The notes beneath the pieces are model-generated. The model did no database searches. It was not told the DNA's origin and was given only the letters and a program-made list of their open reading frames with translations. This document shows, one piece after another, positions 1 to 9,484 of a stretch of DNA of 49,572 nt. Position 1 is the first letter of the stretch. Each line of letters opens with the position of its first letter. Source of the stretch: an uncultured Chthoniobacter sp. Its GTDB lineage: Bacteria; Verrucomicrobiota; Verrucomicrobiia; Chthoniobacterales; Terrimicrobiaceae. The stretch spans positions 1 through 49,572 of the forward strand of contig CAYOGR010000001.1 of the NCBI GenBank assembly GCA_964403605.1. The letters are read 5' to 3'. Made by a program: the position numbers and the translations under genes.

Positions 1-658
1 CCAGCATCATCGCCAAATACCCGAGCAACCGTTGCAACTCCCCGCCGCTTGCCGTTCCAAGGGAGGACGCGGTGATCGCGAAAACACCAAAGGGAGCGAT
101 CCGCTTGGCGACAACTCCAAGCGCCGCGGTTAACAGCGACCGCAGCGGCAACACAACACCCAACACCGCCTCGCGGCCGGGCAATGTTTGCAAGAGCACC
201 CCCAGCGCGATCGAGACCACAAGCACCCCGGCGACATTTCCCGATGCCAGCGCCGAGAAGATGTTCGCGGGAAGAAAGGTCGACAGCAGGCTCTCTTGGA
301 CAGGCAATGCAATCGTCTCGGGCTCGAAGATCGGCGAGGACACCAGCGGCGGAAGGATCATCGGCAGCAACACCACCGCAGTGCCAGCGATGGCGACCAT
401 CCCCGCAAGCGCCAACCCTCCACGCTTGAGCAACAGGATCAACGACCCCCTCGCCATGCCTCCGAGCGTGCCCACCACCTCAAGCATCAGATAGGGCAGA
501 ATCACCAGCGAATAGGAGCGGATCAACAACTGCCCGAGCGGATCGAGCGCCGAGCAGGCGGGCCCGAAACCCCATCCTGCCAACAATCCCGCTCCGATGG
601 CCACCGTGCACCAAGCGGCCACCGACCGGGGGAGAAAGCGCCGCAATAAAGAATTCAT
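1..658 (-). CDS. Dicarboxylate/amino acid:cation symporter (DAACS, GltP/DctA/SstT-like), N-terminal part; 3' end lies beyond the left window edge
   Basis: Missing from the ORF track because its stop is outside the window. Reverse-strand reading from the ATG (rc of 656-658) stays open to position 1: MNSLLRRFLPRSVAAWCTVAIGAGLLAGWG...FLPANIFSALASGNVAGVLVVSIALGVLL...KRIAPFGVFAITAS. The multi-TM pattern is typical of DAACS carriers. The + strand ORFs 72..494 and 188..649 are its antisense shadows. Confidence 0.7.
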   Translation of the reverse strand, partial: MNSLLRRFLPRSVAAWCTVAIGAGLLAGWGFGPACSALDPLGQLLIRSYSLVILPYLMLEVVGTLGGMARGSLILLLKRGGLALAGMVAIAGTAVVLLPMILPPLVSSPIFEPETIALPVQESLLSTFLPANIFSALASGNVAGVLVVSIALGVLLQTLPGREAVLGVVLPLRSLLTAALGVVAKRIAPFGVFAITASSLGTASGGELQRLLGYLAMML

Positions 659-809
659 CGGAAAATCAACTACCGGAATCTCCCCACGCATTCAAAGCCC
701 TGGGGATCCAAGCCCGAATTCCAGAGGCAGGATCTAACGATTTCCTTCAAAACATGTCATCCGATCAAGGGGTGGCTGCTTCTCGCGGATTCCAGTGTCC
801 CGGTGGTCA

Positions 810-1982
810 TCACCCTTGGGTGTGAATCCGTGTCCAGGCGGCGTTGGCCTTGGAGCTGGCGACCGCCGCTTCGATGAACGCCATTCCACGCACACCGTCG
901 TCGATGCTGGGGTAGTCGAGCCAGAGCGGATCGGGTTTGTTGCCGTCCAAAACGGCTGCAAGGTGGTTGGCGAAATTCCGGTAGATGTTGGCGAACGCCT
1001 CGAGGTAGCCCTCGGGGTGGGCTGGCGGGGTGCGAGTCGCCGCCGCAGCGGATTGGCCGAGATAGCCCATGCCGGTTCGAAGAACCTCGATGGGACGGTC
1101 GGGCCATTTCAACAAGAGCGTGTTGGGTTCGCGCTGGTGCCATTCCATTCCACCGGTTTCGCCGTAGACTCGGATATTGAGATTGTTTTCCTCGCCCACG
1201 GAAATCTGGGAGGCGTGAAGCACCCCTTTCGCGCCACCTTCAAAGCGCAGGAGGATATTGGCGTCGTCGTCCAGGCGGCGCCCCTCGACAAACGCGGTGA
1301 GATCGGCGGCGAGTTCCTGGATGCGCAAGCCCGTGATGTATTCGGCGAGGTTTTCGGCATGGGTGCCGATATCGCCGAGGCAGCCGGCGGCTCCCGAGCG
1401 GGCGGGGTCGGTGCGCCAGGCGGCTTGCTTTTGGCCGGATTCCTCGATCCGCGTGGCCAGCCAGCCTTGCGGATACTCCACCACGACCTTTCGGATTTTT
1501 CCAAGCCGGCCGGAGCGAACGATGTCACGCGCCTCCTTGACGAGCGGGTAGCCGGTGTAGTTGTGGGTGAGGCCGTAGAGCAGCCCGGTGCGCCGCACAA
1601 TCCCGCGCAACTCGATCGCCTCGGCGAGATTCAGCGTGGCGGGCTTGTCGGAGAGCACCGCGAAGCCGTGGTCCAGAGCGGCCTTCGCGGCGGGAAAGTG
1701 GACATGGTTCGGCGTGACAATCGAGACGAAGTCCATGCGCTCGCCAAGCGGCAGGGCCGCCTCGGTTTTCATCATTTCGTCGAAAGTCCCATAGCAACGA
1801 TCCGGCGGGAGAAAAAAATCGGCACCCGAATCGCGGGAGCGCTGCGGGTCGCCGCTGAAGGCCCCGCAGACGAGTTCGATGCGGCCGTCCATGGCGGCGG
1901 CGATACGGTGGACGGCTCCGATAAAGGCTCCACGGCCCCCGCCGACCATGCCCATGCGGATTTTTCGCTTGGTGGCGCTCAT
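810..1982 (-). CDS. Gfo/Idh/MocA family NAD(P)-dependent oxidoreductase
   Basis: 390-aa ORF with an N-terminal Rossmann motif ([19 protein letters not shown]) and a C-terminal alpha/beta domain typical of the family. Its start overlaps the upstream TIM-barrel gene stop by 4 nt. Confidence 0.9.
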   Translation of the reverse strand: MSATKRKIRMGMVGGGRGAFIGAVHRIAAAMDGRIELVCGAFSGDPQRSRDSGADFFLPPDRCYGTFDEMMKTEAALPLGERMDFVSIVTPNHVHFPAAKAALDHGFAVLSDKPATLNLAEAIELRGIVRRTGLLYGLTHNYTGYPLVKEARDIVRSGRLGKIRKVVVEYPQGWLATRIEESGQKQAAWRTDPARSGAAGCLGDIGTHAENLAEYITGLRIQELAADLTAFVEGRRLDDDANILLRFEGGAKGVLHASQISVGEENNLNIRVYGETGGMEWHQREPNTLLLKWPDRPIEVLRTGMGYLGQSAAAATRTPPAHPEGYLEAFANIYRNFANHLAAVLDGNKPDPLWLDYPSIDDGVRGMAFIEAAVASSKANAAWTRIHTQG

Positions 1983-3028
1983 TTGGTTTTTCCTTTCTTT
2001 TTGTCGAATGCGGCATCGAACGCGACCGCGCTCGGTGAGAAGTCGAGTTTACGAACGAACGCGGCCGCCTCGGTGGCCCCGTGAACGCGATCCATCCGGA
2101 TGTCCTCCCATTCCACCGAAAGCGGCCCTTGGTAGCCGACATCATTGAGGGCGGCGATGACATCTTCGAAGCGGATATCGCCACGGCCCGGCGAGCGGAA
2201 ATCCCACTGGCGACGCGCGTCGCCGAAGGTCGTGTGGCCACCGAAGACGCCCACCGAGCCGTCTCCATGACCCCACCACGCGTCCTTGATGTGGGCGTGG
2301 AAAACGCGGGAACCAAATTTCCGGATGAAGGCGATGTAATCGACCCCTTGATAGCCGAGGTGCGAGGGGTCGTAGTTGAAGCCGAAGCGGCGGTGGTGCT
2401 TCACGGCGGCCAGGGCGCGCTCGGCGGTGGCTATATCGAACGCGATCTCTGTCGGATGGACCTCCAAGGCAAAATCGACATCGGCCTTGTGAAATGCGTC
2501 GAGGATCGGAATCCAGCGTCTGGCGAAGTCGGCGAATCCGGCATCCCAATATTCCTGCGAGGTCGGCGGGAAGGCATAGATCGAATGCCAGATCGAGGAT
2601 CCGGTGAAGCCGTTGACGGCCACGCGGTGTGGGTTTTTGGAAAAGCCCGGCTTGGCGTTGAAAAAGGTGCGGGCGGCCTTGGCGGTGAGGGCCATTTTTT
2701 TTGCAGCGCGGCGGCGAACCCCCTCGGGGTCGCCATCGCCCCAGACATCCGGGGGGAGGATGGAACGGTGGCGGGAGTCAATCGGATCGCACACCGCCTG
2801 GCCGACGAGGTGGTTCGAGATCGAGAAGCAAGTGAGGCCGTGGTCGGCGAGAAGTTCCCAGCGTTCGCGGGCATAGGACTTCGAGGCGGCGGCTTGATCG
2901 ACATCGAAGTGATCGCCCCAGCAGGCGAGTTCGACGCCGTCGTAGCCCATGCTCTTGACGAGCGGGGCGAGGTCGGCCAGCGGAAGGTCGGCCCATTGGC
3001 CGGTGAACAAGGTAAGCGGTCTTGGCAT
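1979..3028 (-). CDS. Sugar phosphate isomerase/epimerase (xylose isomerase-like TIM barrel, AP_endonuc_2 fold)
   Basis: ORF 1979..3079. The ATG at 3028 is preferred ([43 protein letters not shown]). Metal-ligand-like motifs are EVHP, NYDPSH and HAHIKD. The TTG at 3079 is an alternative start. Confidence 0.85.
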   Translation of the reverse strand: MPRPLTLFTGQWADLPLADLAPLVKSMGYDGVELACWGDHFDVDQAAASKSYARERWELLADHGLTCFSISNHLVGQAVCDPIDSRHRSILPPDVWGDGDPEGVRRRAAKKMALTAKAARTFFNAKPGFSKNPHRVAVNGFTGSSIWHSIYAFPPTSQEYWDAGFADFARRWIPILDAFHKADVDFALEVHPTEIAFDIATAERALAAVKHHRRFGFNYDPSHLGYQGVDYIAFIRKFGSRVFHAHIKDAWWGHGDGSVGVFGGHTTFGDARRQWDFRSPGRGDIRFEDVIAALNDVGYQGPLSVEWEDIRMDRVHGATEAAAFVRKLDFSPSAVAFDAAFDKKKGKTK

Positions 3029-3199
3029 GTCGGGAGTGGTGGCGGGTGGTGGTTTTTTAATTTTTGACGCAGGGGTCAAAAACAGGAGGCATTAGAACTC
3101 TCGAAAAACCACGATAAAACAAGCGAACTTTTGAGCACCCCCGCTAACGAAAAGGGATTGGCTTGCGAAGGGAATCCCCAACCGCTATCCGCACCTTCC

Positions 3200-3973
3200 A
3201 TGTCGCTCCACCTCGTTCATTGGGCCAGCCGGATTCTCGGCAAACAAACCACCGCTCGCGTTATTTATCCCGACTCGGGCACTCCGCCGTTTCCGGTTCT
3301 TTATCTTCTGCATGGACGCTCGGACGACAGCTCCTCGTGGTCCCGGAACAGCCGGATCGAATGCCACGCCGGGGCGTTTCCGATGATCGTGGTGATGCCC
3401 GACGGCTACCTTGGCTTTTACACCGACAACGAACAGGGCCCGGCCTACGCGCGCCACATTGGCGAGGAACTTCCCGGCGTCATCGAGCGCACTTTTCAGG
3501 CGCGGACCGATCGGGCCGGCAGGGCGATCGGCGGACTCTCGATGGGCGGCTACGGCGCGCTGCGCGTGGGGTTGGGCCGCCCGGACCGCTATGGCTCGAT
3601 CCACAGCCATTCCGGAGCGCTGGATGGGGCAGCGACCCTTTTGCGCAACTGGAAGGAGGGGCACGATCCCGATGCCCCGGACCTGCCCGGCGAGATGCAA
3701 CGAATTTTTGGCAGCCAGCCGGCGGGCCCCCGGCACAATCTTGTCGAATTGGCGAAGAAAGCCTCGAAGAACCTCCCCGAAATCCTGATCGATTGCGGCA
3801 CCGAGGATTTTCTTCTGGAGGAGAACCGGAATTTCACCAAGGCCTTGGAGCGCGAAAAAATTCCGCACACCTATGTGGAGCACCCCGGTGGCCACAACTG
3901 GAGCTACTGGGACACCCACATCCAGGAGGCCCTGCTCTTCCACGCCAAAAATTTTGGCCTTGGCCATAGATGA
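3200..3973 (+). CDS. Putative esterase (alpha/beta hydrolase, esterase D / enterochelin-esterase-like)
   Basis: PVLYLLHGRSDDSSSW, the nucleophile elbow GLSMGGYGAL and a C-terminal HPGGHNWSYW fit the putative-esterase family. The ATG at 3200 is chosen inside track ORF 3131..3973, which starts at TTG. Confidence 0.8.
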   Translation: MSLHLVHWASRILGKQTTARVIYPDSGTPPFPVLYLLHGRSDDSSSWSRNSRIECHAGAFPMIVVMPDGYLGFYTDNEQGPAYARHIGEELPGVIERTFQARTDRAGRAIGGLSMGGYGALRVGLGRPDRYGSIHSHSGALDGAATLLRNWKEGHDPDAPDLPGEMQRIFGSQPAGPRHNLVELAKKASKNLPEILIDCGTEDFLLEENRNFTKALEREKIPHTYVEHPGGHNWSYWDTHIQEALLFHAKNFGLGHR

Positions 3974-4139
3974 ATGCCGCCTCCGCGAGGCAAGGGGATC
4001 GGTTCGGAATTGAGAAAAAGACGGGGCTGGATTTTCAGAGACTTTTTGGAGGGATTCCGTCCGTTCCGCAAGGTCCCGGAAACGAGGCGACTCCTTCCGT
4101 GAATTCTGTAAATTCCGTCTAAAAAATCTTCTTCCGCGA

Positions 4140-5213
4140 TCACACCCGAACCGCCTTGCCTAGGCGGTCGGACTCGAAGCAGGCGTCGAGTGCTTTTTGA
4201 ATCTCGGCACCACGGGCGAAGTCGGGTTCTCCTTGTTTACCGGTCTGGATGGCGGTGATGAAGCGCTCGTAAATGCTCGGCGTTTGCGGGGCTTTGAGCG
4301 TTGTCCATTTGGCTTTGTGGATGTCTTCACCCAAGCAGACTTCGAGTTCGTTGTAGGACTTGTCCAAATCGAGCCGCAGGGCGCCTTTTGTGCCGTGGAC
4401 TCGGAGATACAGGGAATTCGCATGGCCGGTCGCCCAGCGGGTTGTGTGGATAACTCCGAGCGCGCCGTTGGCATACTCGACCTGCATGAGGGCGGAGTCG
4501 TTCGCATCCAGCGGGTATTCGCCCATGCGTTTGCCTTTGAGTTTGGTGAAGGTTTTCAGACGGGCCTGAATGCTGCGGATCGGCCCGACCGGGAGTGATG
4601 CTAAATCCAGAATGTGGACTCCCACATCACCGAGCACGCCTTTGCTGCCATGCTTGCTGGAAAGCCGCCAGAGCCAGGCTGGCATTGTTTTCCAGTCTCC
4701 CCAGATCTGACTGGAGAGCCAACTTTGCAGGTAGCTGGCCTCAACATGGATGATCTCGCCGAGTTCCCCGTCTCGCACGAGCTGCGCCGCCTTTTGAAGC
4801 GCCGAGGAGTTACGGTAACTGAAGTTCACCATGTTGATGACGCCGGCTTTCTTGGCCGCACGGGCCATGCGAAGCGCATCAGCGTGGTTCGTGGCGAGCG
4901 GCTTCTCGCAGAGGATGTGCTTGCCGGCGGCAATCGCTTTTAGCGAGAGCGGCGCGTGCAGATTGTCGGGAGTCACATTTGAGACGGCATCCACTCCACC
5001 TTCGGAAAGGAGTTTCTCGAAGTCGGTGAATACCGCGGCCGACCCGCCGTGCTTGGCGGCAAACTCTCCCGCCCGCTTGCCATCGACATCGCAGACGGCT
5101 GCAAGCTCGACGCCGGGGATTTTCAGGAACTCTGTGGCATGGACATTCGCCATGCCGCCGGTTCCAACAATGCCAATGCGGATTTTTTTGCGGGCTGGTG
5201 ATTTCTTTTTCAT
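4140..5213 (-). CDS. Gfo/Idh/MocA family oxidoreductase (ThuB-like partner of ThuA)
   Basis: KIRIGIVGTGGMANVHATEF Rossmann motif and an EKPLA motif. Its ATG shares 1 nt with the ThuA stop (TAATG at 5211-5215). Confidence 0.9.
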   Translation of the reverse strand: MKKKSPARKKIRIGIVGTGGMANVHATEFLKIPGVELAAVCDVDGKRAGEFAAKHGGSAAVFTDFEKLLSEGGVDAVSNVTPDNLHAPLSLKAIAAGKHILCEKPLATNHADALRMARAAKKAGVINMVNFSYRNSSALQKAAQLVRDGELGEIIHVEASYLQSWLSSQIWGDWKTMPAWLWRLSSKHGSKGVLGDVGVHILDLASLPVGPIRSIQARLKTFTKLKGKRMGEYPLDANDSALMQVEYANGALGVIHTTRWATGHANSLYLRVHGTKGALRLDLDKSYNELEVCLGEDIHKAKWTTLKAPQTPSIYERFITAIQTGKQGEPDFARGAEIQKALDACFESDRLGKAVRV

Positions 5214-5983
5214 TAGCGATGGCCTTCAGTTGGGCGTTCAGCGGCTTCGGGGTCGCTGGGGAGTGGTTCCAGCGGGGCGGAATTCGGGCAATTGTCGGGA
5301 ATGCAGACGGTCGGCCTGGCCCAGTGAACCGCATTGCGGATCACTCTCTGGATCTCGGCTTGGTGATAGGTCGGATAAGTTTCATGGCCGGGACGGAAGT
5401 AAAAAATCTTGCCGTTGCCGCGCTGCCAGGTGGCCCCGCTGCGGAAAACCTCGCCGCCGGTGAACCAGGAAATAAAAATCAACTCGTCGGGTGTCGGAAT
5501 GCCGAAGGGCTCTCCATACATCTCCTCGGCGGGAATTTCAAAAAAATCGCCGATGCCTGCTGTAATCGGGTGGTGCGGGGCGATGTTCCAGAGGCGCTCC
5601 TTGTCGGTCGACTCGCGCCATTTCAAAGAGCAGGTCGTTCCCATGAGTGCTTTGAATATCTTCGCGTAATGGCCGGAGTGGAGGACGATGAGCCCCATGC
5701 CTTCGAGCACGCGGCGCTTCACTTCCGTAACGACGGCGTCGGAAACCTCTCCATGGGCCATGTGACCCCACCAGAGCAGCACATCCGTGGCGTCCAGGGT
5801 CTCCTTGGACAAACCATGACCGGGCTGATCCAACCAGGCGGTGGAGACATCCAGAGCGATATCCGCGCGGAGAGGCTTCGCGATTGCTTCGTGCATACCC
5901 TCGGGGTAGATCGCGGCCACCTTTGGGTTCTTTTTTTCGTGACGGAATTCCCCCCACACGAGGGTTTTGATTTTTTGCGACAT
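5213..5983 (-). CDS. ThuA domain protein (trehalose-utilisation-like, class-I glutamine amidotransferase-like fold)
   Basis: [31 protein letters not shown]...[11 protein letters not shown]...[10 protein letters not shown]...[14 protein letters not shown] is typical ThuA. The ATG at 5983 is chosen within track ORF 5213..6121. Confidence 0.9.
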   Translation of the reverse strand: MSQKIKTLVWGEFRHEKKNPKVAAIYPEGMHEAIAKPLRADIALDVSTAWLDQPGHGLSKETLDATDVLLWWGHMAHGEVSDAVVTEVKRRVLEGMGLIVLHSGHYAKIFKALMGTTCSLKWRESTDKERLWNIAPHHPITAGIGDFFEIPAEEMYGEPFGIPTPDELIFISWFTGGEVFRSGATWQRGNGKIFYFRPGHETYPTYHQAEIQRVIRNAVHWARPTVCIPDNCPNSAPLEPLPSDPEAAERPTEGHR

Positions 5984-6203
5984 GTCGGTGTTAAAGAAGA
6001 GTTCTCGATCTTGAGCTTCGTGCCGAACGGCGTCAAGGGCGGCGCATTGCGAAAACGGACATTCTTGCCGGGGTATGTGGCGACGCCTATGGTGGGGCTT
6101 ATCGCATCCGCTGAGTCTCATGGATTTTCTCTTTTTCCTTTTCCCTTCGAACTCGTCACCAGAGGGAATCTGGACGCGGGTCGGGGATCATTTCGCAGGA
6201 TGC

Positions 6204-6497
6204 ATGCTGCGCGTTGAGAAAATCGGGAGTGAACTGGCCGGGCGAATCGTCGCGCTACCCGATAAGATGTCCCGCGCGGGGTGGATCGAAGGCGATTTGA
6301 AGTGGCGAAACATCCAACCGGATGGCACCTGCTGGCGGATGCAAGATTTGCGGAAACACTACGACACCCGGACCGCCACGGTGACGAAGGTGGACTTCTG
6401 TGAATACCGGTTGACGGTCGGCTCGCTCGGCCACCTGCGACTCCACACCGGTTCCCAGCCTTTTTTTCCGGAACAACGGTGGGTGCGCCCCCATTAA
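6204..6497 (+). CDS. Hypothetical small protein (weak DUF2147-like pattern)
   Basis: GC3-rich reading frame in an otherwise empty gap. The pattern LRVEKIGSELAGRIVAL...GDLKWRNIQPDG...QRWVR loosely recalls DUF2147. The start is uncertain (6075, 6120 or 6204). Confidence 0.3.
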   Translation: MLRVEKIGSELAGRIVALPDKMSRAGWIEGDLKWRNIQPDGTCWRMQDLRKHYDTRTATVTKVDFCEYRLTVGSLGHLRLHTGSQPFFPEQRWVRPH

Positions 6498-6509
6498 CAA
6501 TCCAATTCA

Positions 6510-7685
6510 ATGAAGAAACCCAACGACCTCGGACCCGTGACTGCGGGCATTCCCAAAAAACTCCGCAAACACCGCGCGGCCCCGGTTTCCAAGGCCGCCG
6601 TGCGCCGCCCGCCGAAAGCCTCGCTGGAGTTTTCCTTTTCCCTCAAGCCCGCCGACATCGCGCGACACCTCGACCGCTTTGTCATCGGCCAGAAAGAGGC
6701 GAAAAAAGTCCTCTCCGTCGCGCTCTGCGACCACTTCCAGCATGTCCGGCTGTCGCTGGAGGGACACGAAGCCCCGTTCTACCAAAAACAGAATGTCCTC
6801 CTGCTCGGGCCTACCGGCGTCGGCAAAACCCACCTCATCCGATCGGCGGCCGACCTCATTGGCGTGCCGTTCGTGAAAGCCGACGCCACAAAGTTCAGCG
6901 AGACCGGTTATGTCGGCGGCGATGTCGACGACCTCGTCCGCGACCTGATTCGTCGCGCCGGGGGCGATGTGAACCGCGCCTCGCACGGCATCATCTATCT
7001 CGATGAGGTCGACAAACTCGCCAGCCGCGCCGAGAGCGGGCGGGATGTCTCGGGCCGCGGTGTCCAAACCAACCTTCTCAAAATCATGGAGGACGGCGAT
7101 GTGCCTGTGCTCTCGCCGAACGATGTCACCGGCCAACTCCAATCCGCCATGGCCGCCGCACGCGGGAACACGCCCGGGATGCCCGACAGCCTCTCGACCA
7201 AACACATTCTTTTCATCGCCAGCGGGGCGTTCGTGGGGCTCGACGGAATCGTCACCTCCCGCCTCGGCCAGTCCACGATGCCGACCGCCAAGGCGCTCGG
7301 GCAGGCGAATACCACCGACTTCATCCGTTTTGGCCTCGAGCCCGAATTCATCGGGCGTCTTCCGGTCCGCGCCGCCTGCCACGCGCTCGACGAAGACGAC
7401 CTTTTCCAAGTCCTCGGGAAAAGCGAGAGCAGCCTCATCCACCAATACGAACGCTCGTTCTCGGCCTACGGCATCAAGCTCTGCTTCGAACCCGACGCCC
7501 TCCGCAAACTGGCCGCCCTGGCCCGCGACGAGGAAACCGGCGCGCGCGGCCTGATGACAGTTCTCGAACGGACCTTCCGCGACCTGAAATTCCGCCTGCC
7601 CTCGACGCGCCTCCGTGCCCTCAAAATCACGCGCGAGACTGTGGAAAATCCTGCCGCCGCGCTGGCGAGGCTTTTGAAAAAATGA
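6510..7685 (+). CDS. ClpX-like AAA+ ATPase lacking the N-terminal zinc finger, RKH loop and IGF ClpP-docking loop
   Basis: Collinear with ClpX: VIGQKEAKKVLSVAL, Walker A GPTGVGKT, pore loop ETGYVGGDV, Walker B IIYLDEVDK, RDVSGRGVQ, FGLEPEFIGRLPV, sensor-2 TGARGL. There is no Cys-rich N-terminus, and no GSGIGFG or RKH segments. Confidence 0.85.
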   Translation: MKKPNDLGPVTAGIPKKLRKHRAAPVSKAAVRRPPKASLEFSFSLKPADIARHLDRFVIGQKEAKKVLSVALCDHFQHVRLSLEGHEAPFYQKQNVLLLGPTGVGKTHLIRSAADLIGVPFVKADATKFSETGYVGGDVDDLVRDLIRRAGGDVNRASHGIIYLDEVDKLASRAESGRDVSGRGVQTNLLKIMEDGDVPVLSPNDVTGQLQSAMAAARGNTPGMPDSLSTKHILFIASGAFVGLDGIVTSRLGQSTMPTAKALGQANTTDFIRFGLEPEFIGRLPVRAACHALDEDDLFQVLGKSESSLIHQYERSFSAYGIKLCFEPDALRKLAALARDEETGARGLMTVLERTFRDLKFRLPSTRLRALKITRETVENPAAALARLLKK

Positions 7686-9475
7686 CCCGCCCGGTTGTCG
7701 TTTTCGACGGCTCCTGCGGGTTCTGCCGCCAATGGATCGAGCGCTGGCGCGATTTGACCGGCAACGCGGTGGATTACCGCCCCTCGAGCGAGGCAGCCAA
7801 GGATTATCCCGACATCGCCCCGGAGGAATTCGACCGTGCGGTGCAGTTGATCCAGCCCGACGGCTCCAGAACCTCGGGAGCCGAAGCCGTTCTGAAACTC
7901 ACCGCCCCGCACAGTCTCAGCGCAAAAGCGGGCCTGGCCGCCTATCGCGGGAGTTCCCTCCTGGCCGCGTTGTTTGAAAAATCCTACGCCGCCGTTGCGA
8001 ACCACCGCACATTCTTCTCAAAGCTGACCCGTCTTCTCTGGGGAGCTTCCGCCCAACGCCCCGCCTTCGCCGTTGCGAACACGCTTTTCCTGCGCGCCCT
8101 CGCCCTGATTTTTCTGATCGCGCTGCTCTCGTATCGACACCAGGCCGCAGGTCTCAACGGCCCGAACGGCATTCTTCCGGTCGGGCCGTTTTTTGAGGCC
8201 GTCTCGAACCAACTCGGCGACGGGGCGTTTTGGGCCCTCCCCTCGCTGGTGTGGCTTTCCCCCGACTTGGGCACCCTGCAGATCCTGGTGAACATCGGCC
8301 TCGCCGCCTCGCTTGCCGCGCTGTTGGGCATTCTCCAGCCACTTTGCTTTTTCACGCTCTGGGCGGTGATGCTCTCCCTCTGCGTGGCCGGGCAGGATTT
8401 TTATGGATTCCAGTGGGACTCGCTCCTGATCGAAACCGGCTTCCTCGCCGTTTTCCTAGCCCCGTGGCGGTTGAAGCCGAATTGGGAGGCCGTGGACCCA
8501 CCGCGCCTCGCCCGTCTGGCAGCCGTGGCTCTGTTGTTCCGGCTGATGTTCTGCTCCGGCGTTGTGAAGCTCACTAGCGGAGATCCGAATTGGGCCAATC
8601 TGCGCGCGCTGGATTTCCATTTTTTCACACAGCCCCTCCCGAATCCCCTCGCCTGGTTCGCGCAGCAACTCCCGCCCGAGGTGCTCACGATACTTTGCGG
8701 GGGAATGTTTTTCATCGAACTCGCCCTCCCCTTCGCGTTTTTCCTGCCGAGAAATCCGCGCCTTCTCGCAGCTTGGGCGATGATCCTTCTCCAAGCCGGA
8801 ATCGCGCTCACGGGAAACTATGCGTTCTTCAATCTCCTCTGCGTGGCACTCTGTCTGCTCCTTCTCGATGACCGGTGCTGGCCGAAATTTCTTCTGAAAA
8901 AATCCGCCGCCGCCGTGTTTGTCCCGGCTGCGATTCGACGACCGGTTCTCGGCGCGATCCTTTTGCTCTCCCTGATTCCACTCGTCTCCGCATTTCGAAC
9001 AATCCCCGCCCCGCTGGCGCCACTGGCGGAGGTTTATTCCCGCATCGCCCCGTTCCGGAGCGTGAACAGCTATGGTTTGTTTGCCGTGATGACCACGCAA
9101 CGCCGCGAAATCCTCGTCCAAGGCAGCGACGACGGCCACGACTGGCAGACCTACGAATTCCGCTACAAACCCGGCCCGGTGGATCGTCCGCCACCGGTCG
9201 TCGCCCCCTACCAACCCCGCCTCGACTGGCAAATGTGGTTCGCGGCGCTGGGGCGGTTCGAAACCACACCTTGGTTTCAATCTTTCGCCATCCGCCTCCT
9301 CCAAGGCTCGCCCGAGGTTTTGGCCCTTCTGGAAAAAAACCCCTTCCCCGAAAAGCCGCCGAAATTCATCCGCGCGGTTTTGGACGACTACACTTTCACC
9401 TCCGCCGGCGATAGGAACTGGTGGAGTCGCGAACCTGCCGCGATCTACTGCCCGGAAATCTCGCTGAAACCGTAG
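7682..9475 (+). CDS. Fusion membrane protein: DCC-family thiol-disulfide oxidoreductase (DUF393) N-domain plus lipase maturation factor (LMF) family domain
   Basis: N-terminus VVFDGSCGFCRQWIERW carries the DUF393 CxxC motif. A polytopic body follows (FLRALALIFLIALLSYRHQAAGLNGPNGILP), and the C-terminus PKFIRAVLDDYTFTSAGDRNWWSR is typical of the LMF family. ATGA overlap with the upstream ClpX-like gene. Confidence 0.8.
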   Translation: MTRPVVVFDGSCGFCRQWIERWRDLTGNAVDYRPSSEAAKDYPDIAPEEFDRAVQLIQPDGSRTSGAEAVLKLTAPHSLSAKAGLAAYRGSSLLAALFEKSYAAVANHRTFFSKLTRLLWGASAQRPAFAVANTLFLRALALIFLIALLSYRHQAAGLNGPNGILPVGPFFEAVSNQLGDGAFWALPSLVWLSPDLGTLQILVNIGLAASLAALLGILQPLCFFTLWAVMLSLCVAGQDFYGFQWDSLLIETGFLAVFLAPWRLKPNWEAVDPPRLARLAAVALLFRLMFCSGVVKLTSGDPNWANLRALDFHFFTQPLPNPLAWFAQQLPPEVLTILCGGMFFIELALPFAFFLPRNPRLLAAWAMILLQAGIALTGNYAFFNLLCVALCLLLLDDRCWPKFLLKKSAAAVFVPAAIRRPVLGAILLLSLIPLVSAFRTIPAPLAPLAEVYSRIAPFRSVNSYGLFAVMTTQRREILVQGSDDGHDWQTYEFRYKPGPVDRPPPVVAPYQPRLDWQMWFAALGRFETTPWFQSFAIRLLQGSPEVLALLEKNPFPEKPPKFIRAVLDDYTFTSAGDRNWWSREPAAIYCPEISLKP

Positions 9476-9484
9476 CCGCCGATT

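Noticed and set aside
72-649. Plus-strand ORFs 72..494 and 188..649 at the left edge.
   Set aside because: They are antisense shadows of a DAACS symporter gene whose frame stays open on the minus strand from 658 to the window edge. The track missed that gene only because its stop is outside the window.
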